A DNA stretch of 61,726 nucleotides, the filler included, from Asterionella formosa (Eukaryota), in assembly GCA_002256025.1 (NCBI GenBank). It is 18 parts of 18 records of this genome, joined end to end, with 100 filler letters (N's around TTAATTAATTAA, not from the genome) between each part and the next. Parts side by side here need not be neighbours in the genome. Positions count along the whole stretch, not along the records: positions 20,653 to 23,991 come from NKIB01014228.1; positions 24,092 to 27,432 come from NKIB01014229.1; positions 27,533 to 30,867 come from NKIB01014230.1; positions 30,968 to 34,302 come from NKIB01014231.1; 14 more parts are not named here. The stretch is one strand, 5' to 3'. Positions 22,751 to 34,402 of this stretch are shown one piece after another. The number at the start of each line of letters is the position of its first letter. Within the stretch, counting starts at the first letter, position 1. The translations under genes were made by a program, and so were the position numbers. The notes beneath the pieces are model-generated. The model was given only the letters and a program-made list of their open reading frames with translations, ran no database searches and was not told where the DNA came from.

Positions 22751-25499
22751 TTCCTGTAAACCGTATCTAAATTTATTACAGAAGAGCTTCTCTTCCCTGG
22801 TAAATTCATTGCTTTCATTTGATCTCTGAGTGTATTCAAAGGAGCAAATCTTCGATTGATTTCATAACTTTCTTCATCTTCTTTTCCGAAAACATAAAGT
22901 CTTGTAGTGTAAACAATGGAAGTAAGTCTCGTTTCTTGTTTGACTGATCCTTTCCATGAAATCCGTGAAATGCAATTTGGAAAGTTGTCAAAGGGCCAAA
23001 AGACAATGATGTAAAACAGTGGAAGGGAAATGCGAAGCTTATTGTGGCGCTTGTGGAGGTGGAACTGTTGTGATGGTAACCGAGTGTAGTAATTGTTGAA
23101 CAGAGCACAGTGTAATATGCATGTTCCGCCAGCATAGTCTTTACACAATACACATGCTGGCATATATATAGCTAAAACAACGAAAGACGACACAACAATG
23201 AATGTGATGGCTGGTTGTTGAGGATACCGGTATGTGATATGCATCAATCCATATCACAAATCATATTATAGTGATGTACATATCAACGCATCCATATACT
23301 TAGATCCTATCCACTGTAAAATACTATCATATTAAGTGTTGACTTTAACTGTATACTTTCTTAAACGACAAACATATATATATTAATTAACATACTTTAT
23401 GATTGCTTGATTTATATTCTATGATGTCTTGATAAGACTTGCGTACATATTTTATCGTATTTCATTGTCATTGTACTATTTTAACATGATCATATTTTGA
23501 TCAAAATTAAATCATATACATTTTATAAAATCATCACAGTTCTATGATCGCTGCATCATAGCTATGTGATGAACTTTATTCAATATTACGTATCATACTT
23601 TGGTGATGTATGCATCGATGTAACCCTATCATGATATCACATTATCATCTTGTCAATCATAATGAGATGATTGGGAAGCAACTGTATTATTCATCGTGCT
23701 ACAGGGTATATTATTATATCACGCAATTTAGTAGCTAACAAGTCACTCCGCCTGTAATGTACAAAAGTCGACAGTGCACATACTCACACGCTAATCAGGT
23801 TTGAGGAAACGGACAGTGGTTCCAACGAACGAATAATGATACCACGAGTACCAATTTTTCCAGCGAAAGAACTTGTCTCTCTATTGATGAGGATGACACG
23901 GACACCGACTTTTCCAGGAGCAAACAACAATGAAGAAACCCACTTGTCGCTCTATTGATGGTAACAAAGATGCGGACAAGCTCAACAGTGANNNNNNNNN
24001 NNNNNNNNNNNNNNNNNNNNNNNNNNNNNNNNNNNTTAATTAATTAANNNNNNNNNNNNNNNNNNNNNNNNNNNNNNNNNNNNNNNNNNNNATGAATTTT
24101 GGTCAATATGTCTATATACATAAATGTATGATTTCGACCATTTGAAAAATTGGTGATGACTCCCGTTTATTAAGGGGCTTAATTAAATCAGCCACTGACT
24201 TGTAGGTACAAGAATTGATAAAACAAAAATTGAAAAAACTCAACAGGTCGTGGAAAACTATGAACTCATCATGCATTGTATATATTTGAATTATGTATAA
24301 TCAAAATTGATGAAAGTATACACAGGATGTGCTGTATCATGAGGGTGTTTAAAGCTATGCAAATGTTCAACTATGTATACATTTAAACTTCTTACAAATC
24401 TTTATATATATATGTATTCATGGCTGAAACATTTGAAATCATGTTTTCATGTGGTTCCTTGTCATGCATACACTTTGCTCCTGAATTGAAGGATTAACAC
24501 AGATGACGCGGAAAACGAAAGTGATAATAAAGCACAATGAGCGATACTTGCGGCTTAGAAGAGAAGGGCGGAATCAATTGATGGTAAGTCAAGAGCGAAT
24601 GCCTTTCGTGTTCCTTGTCATGCTGCATCCACTTCCTGAAATGAAGGATCTCAAGCAACGAAAAACTGAAGTGACAATACACCATGTGGCTAAGAAGGAG
24701 TGAATATGATGGGCGGAGAAGGGCGGAATCAACAAGCTGTGTATAGTATCACAGCATGTCAAGAGCATATGCCAGGATGATCAATTGTTGAGATTACAAT
24801 TACGAAATGACTCATCCCCTAGCTTTCAGTGATTCAATAGCTCCTTTTCGATTTGGTGACTGGTGGCTAACCATCAATGGCTGTGGACAAAAGAAATCGG
24901 TAAGTGCTGCCTATCAGCCATCTTTGGATCAATCCACAACTGTTAGAAAAACTGACACATATGTGTTGCTTCTTTCAGGATAATGGTAGACAAACAGTGA
25001 TTGTAAGTTACAAACAGCAGTGTTGGAGCCCATTTATTGATCGATACTTTGCTTCTCATTCAATCTTCGACTGACACATTCTTCTACAGAAATATGCATC
25101 AGTTACTTCCTCAATTTGTGGTAAGTGAAGATAGAAGCGAAATGAATGTTGTTGTGTAAGCAAAGCATGAACAGCTGCCTAACAATGAATTGCTTCTCTT
25201 TGTTAGTATGATTGGGACAACGAAACGGATTAAATAGTAATAGGAAAATGCGTGAATGAAAACTCAGAACAACCCTTAGGAGTAAATGGAACAAAGCAAG
25301 CAGGGGAACAACGGCAAGGCAACTAGTACAACAACCTTCAGAATTGGATTGGGGGAGGGGGAGGTGGAAGTGAAAGCGGCACCAACAATCATTGCAATGA
25401 GAGCATTGTAGAACATTCTGTAGCCACTTAAGATATGATAGAATCATAGAACCATTCTTAGCTAAATATAGTTCTAAATATCGATCAATTTCATCCTAT

Positions 25500-25785
25500 T
25501 TTAGACAGTGATATCGATGAGAATTACGATCATGCTAAGATAGATGTATGACAAAAGTATACACATCATATGACCATGTTTAACTAATTATATGATGCAA
25601 TGGTATTATAACTATGATAGTTACATCATACTTCAAGCTCGGTAAAAGTTTACTGCGTGATCATAATTATATGATACATTGATCATATTTTTGATCGAAA
25701 AACTATCATATATGTGAAAATCCTGTGCTACTTAGCGTACGATACCCTTGATCATATTTTCATGATATTTTTTATTTACAGACGT
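25500..25785 (-). repeat. Diverged terminal part of the large non-coding repeat family
   Basis: The reverse complement begins ACGTCTGTAAAT..ATCATGAAAATATGATCA.GGGTAT.GT.CGCTAAGT.GCACAGGATTTT, as at 45826. Confidence 0.75.
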
Positions 25786-27432
25786 CAGGATGATCATTTG
25801 CACTCATTGTAATTGTACTTTTGGGTTGCACACCAAACATCACCTCAATTCTTGCAATCGACTCTTGTATGTATTTCTTGCATCCGAAACACCACCTGCC
25901 CTTTTTGTCCTTCTTGAAGTCGTTCCCAAGGTAATATTCTGGAGGACCTTCAGACTTGATTGTATAGACCTGCTTGAGTCCTTCCATAATTACTTCAGGA
26001 GTTTTCGACACTATCATGAAGTCATCTGAGTGGGTGCAGATATATTCATAGTGAGAAGTATCATTGCTCATCTTGTACCACACATCTTTGTTGTACCTAG
26101 TTGGATGGAACCCCATTCCCCAGATCGTGTCCGCAAAATGCGCCCACCAACGCTCAGAGCTTGATCTCAAACCATATAGTGCTTTTCGGATGAGAATGAT
26201 TGATCCCCTCAACTCCTCTCCAAATTCTGGTCCAGCACGGGAGTATACTAGCTCATTAGTGTATGCATTGACGTAAGCATTTCCAACATCTCCACAAAGC
26301 AGCTTCAAGTTCTGCTTGTGTGCAATCACATGTAGCATTCTAACACTTATGCCTTTCACAGTTGAAGATTAAATATTGTTGTCAAGAGCGTCAACTAAAT
26401 GTCCGCCAGCCATAAGTCTTGCCTTGCGCCATATATCTTGTTTGATGTCAAAGATCACTGTCAGTGTTGTCCATTGATAGCCGACTCCAGGGTTAAAATC
26501 TGGCTTCTTAAATTCAAAATATTCCATTCCGACAAGTGAGGAGATTTCACGTTTGATTGCCTCTTGCCAGAATGTGTTTCCACTTTGCTTGTCCAATTCC
26601 ATTGCATGGGTGACATTTCATGGGACCTCAACGCCATACTTGAGAATTTGCTTCCTAATCTTAGGATGCTTATTCTTTCTTATGTTGGCACGCCTCACTG
26701 TGTACACCTGATCACATCCATCAAAATGATGCTCATGTAACATTGCAATTCTTCGGACAGCTCATTTGATGTCTCGAACTGTTTTCTTTGCCCATTGCAT
26801 GACTCTATCCAGTCGTTTGTAACGACTGACATTATTGTCTACAATGTATTGTGCTGTCATGTTTGGATGGTCAAGCTTCAAGTCCTGAAATGATTCCCTG
26901 GAGATGATTTCAGTATCCCAGTGCACCTCCAACTCAAGTTGCCCGGCCTTCCAGCGATGCGCTCGAATATATGTTACCCTGGAACCACTCATCTTTGTTG
27001 CCTCTGTATGCTCTTCAGCTAGATCATTATTGATCTCATCACACATTTCAATGTCGTGTTGCGACAAGTGGATCAAAGTCGAACTGAAAATCATCTGTGT
27101 TGGATAGTGGATTTTTTGATATGTTGTTGTCTACTTCTGATGTAGTGCATTGCTCCTCTTTGACCCCCCTGTTCCTCTAGAACCTTTGATGTTTCAATGA
27201 TCTGAGGAGTGTCTTTCCCCCCCCCCTGTTCCTCTAGACCCTTTGATGTTTCAATGATCTGAGGAGTAGAAGCAAAATGAACAAGACGAATAGGATCATG
27301 ATCCTCTGGTTCATCTAGAGGTTCAGGAATAGGACTGGTGGGAGCGTTCCTTTTGCGTTTACGATCCTTCATTTTTGTTATTCTGGACTTGAGCGTAAGG
27401 TCACCATAAGGTACCTCATCACTGTAAGGCTC
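25786..27432 (-). mobile_element. Decayed CoDi-type Ty1/copia pol fragment (inter-domain region plus RT)
   Basis: KYGVEVP*NV.HAMELD..GNTFWQEAI, VIFDIKQD..RKARL.AGGH, DVGNAYVNA, KALYGLRSS, YICTHSDDF, YYLG. Several in-frame stops; a ~60-nt tandem duplication near 27165-27270. Confidence 0.9.
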
Positions 27433-27681
27433 NNNNNNNNNNNNNNNNNNNNNNNNNNNNNNNNNNNNNNNNNNNNTTAATTAATTAANNNNNNNNNNNN
27501 NNNNNNNNNNNNNNNNNNNNNNNNNNNNNNNNGATATTTGTTCTGTGTGCTGGATATACCGGTACTACCACCTAGCTAATATTAGATAGAAGGAGGATCG
27601 AAGCGTTGAACTCCTCATTTATAGGACTGAATTGATGTCAAGTACCGGTACCCCAATCACCAAGTCGACGCACATTCGGGC

Positions 27682-29256
27682 ATGAGATACCTTCGGACCG
27701 ACCGTCGAGGCATTCCTATCCCCTGGAGACAGCGAAAACGGCCCCCAGGTCGACGGCATCCATACCTACCGAAGCTCTTTTATCTCGTACAGAACCGCCA
27801 GTGGGACGACGCGATTCGGCGAGCTCTGACCCATCCTCACGAGATTGTCATTCAAGAAGAAACGACAGGCAACACGCCTCTGCACGTTGCATGTCGTTTG
27901 AACCCGCCGAGTGACCTCGTGCAGGCTCTGAGAAATGATATCATGAACGCGGAGGGAGCTACGGCCTTGCACATTGGCGCCTCGCATCGATGTTCGGTGG
28001 AGGTGCTGCATGTCTTGCTGGAAACGTCGACCAGCGCCACTGCCACCTTGACGCGCATAGGCCGAGCGCCGATTCATTATGCCTGCATGTCCTTTCGTGG
28101 ACTGGCTGTGGAGTCGTTTGCTGTCTTGTTAGAAGCCACCATCCAACATGGCTTCTTTACGTACCCCAACGATTTGGAAGACCTGATGGAAGACGACAGT
28201 TACTGTGAAGACGACGACTGCTTCGGGGAATGTAACGTTATGATGATGCAAGACTCAACGGGCCAAACGCCCCTGGGTCTCTTGTTTCGACGCTACCGAG
28301 AGCGAGTGAGGTGTGTCATACAAACAGTGGAGAAATTGAGAACAGACCAGCCCTCCACGTCTTCCTTGCAAGCTGCCATGACGGTACATGCAGACTTAGG
28401 AGAATTGTGGGAAAAGGCAAGGCTCATTGTGACAAGGCTGACGGAACAAAATTTGCAGCGCCCTGTATCCAGTTCTGGTTTAGACTCGCCAGGGGAGCAA
28501 GCAATCGCCGAAGCCGCTGCCGAGTGGGCAGCGGAACAACATCGTAAAATTTTGAGACAAGGTGGACATCCAGAAAGCCGCCGATCCTTTCGAATTGTTC
28601 ATGCCAGCGTCGGACTTACAGGATATGGATGTCCACCTGAGATGATTCGCTTGGCCCTATCGATTCATCCTGAACAAATTCAAGAAATGGATGAAGATGG
28701 AAACTTGCCCATACACGTGGCGGCAGTTGCATCAAGTGTCACGGTATATGGTAATTTAGGAGGGAACGACGAAGACAGTATGGTTTCTGATCTATCATTT
28801 CTTAGTACAGCTACAGCTTGTACGAATGCCTTTGACAAGGTCATTCGCATCTTGCTTCACCAATATCCAGCAGGAGCGAGAATTCCTCACGGAGTATCGG
28901 GAAAACTCCCGCTGATCATGGCGCTCGAAACAAGGTCTTGGGACGATGGTATTAAAACCTTACTGGATTCGTTTCCAGCCGCACTTCACGCGAAACGTAT
29001 GTTACCAGGAGTGTATCCCCATTTACTAGCCAAGGTTGGAAGGCCAAGTCTCGTTCTGGATATGAATCAACTTCGAAAGTGTGGAGCGAAACCAAGAGAT
29101 CGTGGACTAGCCACATTGTTTGAAATACTCAAAGCCAAGCCTGATTTGGTCAAACGATGTGAGTACAATGTCATCAAGGAGGAGCCAGGGGAAGCACTGT
29201 TGAAATGCAAGGAGCAATGTCATACAATTGACATGCTAGAATCCATGCACATGTAG
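27682..29256 (+). CDS. Ankyrin-repeat protein
   Basis: 524-aa ORF with GNTPLHVAC, GATALHIGA, GRAPIHYAC, GQTPLGLL, GNLPIHVAA and GKLPLIMAL. Confidence 0.88.
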   Translation: MRYLRTDRRGIPIPWRQRKRPPGRRHPYLPKLFYLVQNRQWDDAIRRALTHPHEIVIQEETTGNTPLHVACRLNPPSDLVQALRNDIMNAEGATALHIGASHRCSVEVLHVLLETSTSATATLTRIGRAPIHYACMSFRGLAVESFAVLLEATIQHGFFTYPNDLEDLMEDDSYCEDDDCFGECNVMMMQDSTGQTPLGLLFRRYRERVRCVIQTVEKLRTDQPSTSSLQAAMTVHADLGELWEKARLIVTRLTEQNLQRPVSSSGLDSPGEQAIAEAAAEWAAEQHRKILRQGGHPESRRSFRIVHASVGLTGYGCPPEMIRLALSIHPEQIQEMDEDGNLPIHVAAVASSVTVYGNLGGNDEDSMVSDLSFLSTATACTNAFDKVIRILLHQYPAGARIPHGVSGKLPLIMALETRSWDDGIKTLLDSFPAALHAKRMLPGVYPHLLAKVGRPSLVLDMNQLRKCGAKPRDRGLATLFEILKAKPDLVKRCEYNVIKEEPGEALLKCKEQCHTIDMLESMHM

Positions 29257-29461
29257 TGGGGGATGTTGCAAATATTTAATTCATTCTGGTTATAGTGTAC
29301 GAGATACCGCATAACTTATGGGGTTAGGAAGGTGGGATCCATGGCTGATTATGAATTTTCTGGCGAATGCAAAGAAGTTGCCATGGATGTTGAATAATTG
29401 ACTTTAAAACGAACTCATCTAAAACGATCATGTAGCAATAATAGCTTTATCAATAATAAGA

Positions 29462-30645
29462 CTACTTCCCCGCCGAAGCACCTTCCACCATTAGTATAGA
29501 ACGAAAGAATTCATAAAAAAGGAAAAAGAATCCATTCGCTGGTACCTTGTGCAACAACCGTGGAACACTTCCTCGTAAAAAGGCCTCAGGCCCGCCTTCA
29601 CTCCACGTAGCAGCGAAGCACGCCGATATCGATCCGCCATAAAGTTCTGGAGAAGTTTGAAGCCTTGTTTTAATGACATCCATGGGATTTGTGACAAATG
29701 ATCCAATCCCTCCTGCAATGGCTCCAGCAAAAGCATCTATTAATGTTGATTGCTTTGGGTATCGTTCTTTGTATGGTTCCATTTTTTGTTTAATAAATTC
29801 GTAACATAACAAGGTCACCATGGCATACGGTATGTCCCGTATCATTTGAATGGAAACCCCTCCCAGTGGGAAAAATGCTCGCATCCCTCCGTTTCGACTC
29901 ATGTCGGTCAGGGCCTGTACTGTGGAGGTATAGACACCCGCTTGCAACTTTTGCTTGACAACTTCATATGGAACTCGTGAGAAGGAGGCCACTGTATTTC
30001 CAATGGCAGCCGATGTTGTGATACTAAGTGTCCAAAGGAAATGAGATGGGAGCCGATGTTTCGACCCTTCTCCAAACGTGTCATGCATCCATGGTCCAAG
30101 CAACCGTTTGCAATAACTGTACACACCAAAATACAACCCCACCGATGGCATACTCCCCACCACAGCAACTCCTATTCCGGCCTGTCGAATGTGTGAGTTG
30201 ACATGAAGGCACCGCCCTTGACGTACTAGCAATTAATCAATCAATCAATCAATCAAGACACACGTAGTAAAAAGGGAAGCAGCAGGGAAACACTCACATA
30301 AAATTCCATGACACCATGGGGCCTTGCCATGACAAGGGCACAGGCATCTTGCAAGGACAGGGCGGCCCCAGTTGATTTCGAATACTGCTGCTGAATGGTT
30401 TTCAGAGTATCAAATGGAGCCAGTAGCGTTTTGCTACATCCTGCTGCTAATGCAGACGCCAATGAATTCCCCAGACCTTCCCAATGGGCACCAGAACGAC
30501 GTCGATGTGGTGGCTTGGTGGGGGTTGGTGTTACAAGGACGGCGGATGCGTCAACAAACAGGAGGACATGAAACGTGGAGAGCAGTAGCAGTAACAGGAC
30601 GATCGTATGAGGGCGAGGGTGAGGGTTGAGCAGTGACACGACCAT
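29462..30645 (-). CDS. Mitochondrial-carrier-family (SLC25) protein, SAM-carrier-like, 2 exons (intron 30182-30297), with a hydrophobic N-terminal presequence
   Basis: Three PX[DE]XX[KR] signatures: APFDTLKT, VPYEVVKQ, NPMDVIKTRLQ; also RDIPY. A GTGAGT...GACAG intron joins EFY to AGIG. Confidence 0.88.
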
Positions 30646-30967
30646 GATGGTGGTAGGTGGGTCGGTCGAGTGCGGGTGAAGCCAAAGCGGCTTGTGATGT
30701 TGATTGTTACTGACGGCTATTAGTACTTAGGTACATGCTATGTGGATATCCGTACTCGGAGGAGGTACCACCTGGTACCAGGTACTACCGGGATCATAGC
30801 GGTATATAGTGTAACCATGACCATGAAAGGAGTCGTCGCTTGCAGAATATTTATATATATGGTAATANNNNNNNNNNNNNNNNNNNNNNNNNNNNNNNNN
30901 NNNNNNNNNNNTTAATTAATTAANNNNNNNNNNNNNNNNNNNNNNNNNNNNNNNNNNNNNNNNNNNN

Positions 30968-32607
30968 TGTCAAATATCCAATCTCTGTAGGAAGTGTGCC
31001 ATTGAAATCATTGGAATTTGCTTCAAAATCTGTGAGAATTGTCAAATATCCAATCTCTGTAGGAATAGTACCAGTGAAGTTATTATAGCTGACAATCAAA
31101 GACAATAGATTTGTCAATAATCCAACCTCTGTTGGAAGTGTTCCCTTCAATGTATTATTTTCCAGATTCAAAGCTAACAGGTTAGTAGACAAAACAATGA
31201 TTTCTGTTGGAAGTGTTCCGGTCAACTTGTTGTCATACAATGCCAATATTGTGATGTTGGCCAACTGTGCAAGCTCCCTTGGAATTGGGCCAGTAAGCTG
31301 GTTCTTGTATAAATACAACTCTGTAATACTTGTCAGTAGACCCAGTTCACTAGGTAGTGATCCATCTATGGCATTTGATGAAAAGGTAAGGAATTCTTTG
31401 CCATAAAATGACATGTTCTCAATTCATAAGTGAGCAATTATGAATGATTTTGTTTTTTCTTCTCGCCCAAGTTTAACTTACCTAAATTTGACAAATAGCC
31501 AATTTCTGAAGGAATGAAACCAATTAAGGTATTTTTGCGCAAGTCTAATTCAAGTAAGTTTGACAAATAGCCAATTTCCGGGGGAATGGACCCCATTAAG
31601 GTATAGCTTGTCAAATTCATTTTAAGGAGCTGGCTTTTATCTGCATTGCAAGTCAATCCAAACCACTCACAATAATTGTTGATACTAAATAGCCATGAAG
31701 ACCTGCTATTGAATTGGTCATTATAACCTTGGTTGAACCCCTGGTTTCCAGAGGTTGCATAATAAAGGGTCACCAAGGCATAGATTTGGAGTAATTCAGT
31801 ATCCATGATTTCTGCAGTACCTTGCTCACTTTCTAACCAGATCATTGCCTGCTGCTGTGGGGAGCCGTCAGTCAAAAGTGCAGCCCCATTATCAAACGAG
31901 TTCTCAGATAAAAAGAGGAACAAAACAGAAGTTGGACTTGGTGATGGAGGAACTGATGTTGGATTCGATGTGAAAGGAGCCAATGTCTCATTGCCTGACT
32001 TGTTCCGAGTAAGCACAACTGCAACTACAGCAGCAACAATCGCAACAAGACTTGTGAGTCCACAAGATACCATGATGTTAATCATGCTACGGCGACGTTG
32101 GGCCTTCGCTTCAGCTTCAGCATCGACAATTGCTACCCTTGCAGGAATATCAGGGGCAGATTCATCAACTAGAATGGCACTCACGGCCTCATGTTGGCCT
32201 CCCTCTATGCTATGCATGGCGAGTGGTTGCTGACTTATTCCCTGGGACTCCTCCAAAGACCATTCATCGTCGGCACTTGACCTTGCATGACCACTCCCTC
32301 CCACTGCGACTGCTCCAGGAAGTGTTTGTGGAGGTGCTCCTGGTTCTTCATGCTCCACCACCGCAGGAGAATCCTCCTGCAAAATGTTAGGCGCTGGTCC
32401 AGCCCTGTGGTTAACATATTCCTTTCCATTAATGTCTTCTCCATGTGAAGATTCAGAGTCCCGAGCTCGTTCTTCCTCCTTTGCTTCGTCAGCAAAAGAT
32501 ACCCTGCTGGCATAATCGCTCTTCTGTTTTGCAGTGCCAGAAGGTTTCACTGACCTTACGTGATCATATTGGCTGCCTTTCTTGACTTCCTTGCTGTCTT
32601 CTTTCAT
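30968..32607 (-). CDS. Diatom-type membrane-anchored leucine-rich-repeat protein (3' truncated; intron 31396-31481)
   Basis: PGAVAV low-complexity N-terminus, TM LVAIVAAVVAVVL, PTSxP linker, PQQQAMIWL...YALVTLYYAT.G...W...CEWFGLTC cap, then plant-type LRRs (N.LTGTLPTE.GLLT.L). Confidence 0.88.
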
Positions 32608-32872
32608 ACTGCTGCTTGTTGTATATTGTGTTTAGTGCGCAGAATAATCACAACAGTAAGGCAAGGACAAGATTGTGTGGAGAAGAAAAGAACAAAGCAT
32701 CAAACGAACAAGCAAAACTTCGCAAGCAATATTCTCAAGGGAGGTCTGCAAAAAGAAGATTCGTTTATCGTGGAAAATACTATGTACGGGTGAACGAATA
32801 TTGCAGTGCAGTGTGGGCGCGTGGATGAACGTATCGTGTCATACGGTACAGGGGACTAACTAGCCATTAGAG

Positions 32873-34096
32873 TGTTTTAGCGATAGTACAGCGTGCAAGC
32901 TTGGAGCAGCGAATGCGCTAGAACGGCGTAGGTGTATAACCTTTATCTTTCTTTCCTTTTGCACCATGTAAGTTGTTCTGCCGACCACACTAGCGTATTT
33001 CTTCGGTTTATCAGACCCAGCGCTCTAACGATGACCACTTGAGTTATCTTTGAATCGGAGAAGAGCGTACAGTGCGAGCAAATAGGAGCGTCGAATTCGA
33101 ACCATCGAGACAAGGCGTCTGGCGTTACGTGTTCGTAACGAATTTTTCATATTCAGTATGTAGTGTCATGTGTGCGTACCGAATTTGGATGATGATGATC
33201 ATTCGCAGGCGTCGGTGACCGTGTGCACTTGAGTCGTACCGACGGGTATCCGCAGACGACCAGCGAGCAATAGCGATTGTGGCCGGAGTTGAACTGATCA
33301 CTCAACGACCACAGACGACCAGAGAGCGATAGCGATTGTGGCCGGAGTTGAACTGATCACTCAACGACGGCATTGGCGTAACTGTGCTGCCTGCACACAA
33401 GTACTATTTGTTACAGCGGGAATCCACTGACAACATGCGTTTGCGTTTGCGAAATACTATCATTCTCTTTTCCCAGCAAATCCACTCATTATCATGGCGA
33501 ATAACTTGGTCGGAGTCGCCCACGTTCTGTTGGCAATCGGTTTTGAGGTTGCTGTCGAATGTATGAACATCATGGCAGCAGGTATTAGCGAGTTTGAGGA
33601 CTTCCGTTATCTAGTAGAAAAGGACATTCGTGACATGGCGGACGAATTTGCGAAGCGTAGCATGGCAAACGGTAAGATTGTTTTTGGACTTGGACGCACA
33701 AAGAAATTGACAGGCGTTATGCATTGGGTCCAGGATTGTCATCGAGTTAACGATGTTCCGGACCACAACGATTTCAATGTTGAGATTCTGTATCAATCGT
33801 TGAGCCTTGCGCAGATCAGGAAGTCCGACATAGATCTTGTGGCTACTAATTCCAAGGCTGCCGATCCGGAAAAATTCAAAGATGAGAGGAAGTGGCCTGA
33901 GTGGGAAAAGGCCTTTATCAACTACTTGGCTGTCATTCCCGGCGTTAGCGGCATACCATTGTCTTATGTGGTAAAAGAAGCGGAGGATCCCGAAGCTGAG
34001 GCCGATTATGGCTCATTCAATGAGCGCATGATCCATCGTGCCCCCCTTAACGGTCAGTATTACATTGCGGATACGAGACGTGTGCAAACACTGTTA
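32873..34096 (+). mobile_element. 5' part of a CoDi-type Copia LTR retrotransposon (putative LTR 32873-33013, 5' UTR, gag from 33494, truncated)
   Basis: Gag motifs DP.KFK....WPEWEKAFINYL..IPGVSGIPLSYVV and APLNG..Y.AD.RRV. TG...CA-bounded ~141-nt candidate LTR (boundaries inferred); ~59-nt tandem duplication at 33253-33368. Confidence 0.78.
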
Positions 34097-34302
34097 CTTG
34101 CATCTAAGACGCCGTTTACGGCACTTTTTCGAATTTATGTCTAAAGTGACGTATTTATGCTACTTTTTTAAAATATTATGTTACTTTTTTGAAATATTAT
34201 GCTACTTTTTCCCTAATTTATTCGGGTTAAACAAAAATTTATTTCACTTATCGAATAATTATGTGATCACACCAATAATTATGTGTGTTCGTGACAATAT
34301 AT
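34097..34302 (+). repeat. End of an unclassified repeat element interrupting gag
   Basis: Homologous to the reverse complement of 14000-14053; followed by three ~21-nt tandem units TATG.TACTTTTT..AAATAT. Confidence 0.55.
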
Positions 34303-34402
34303 NNNNNNNNNNNNNNNNNNNNNNNNNNNNNNNNNNNNNNNNNNNNTTAATTAATTAANNNNNNNNNNNNNNNNNNNNNNNNNNNNNNNNNNNNNNNNNN
34401 NN

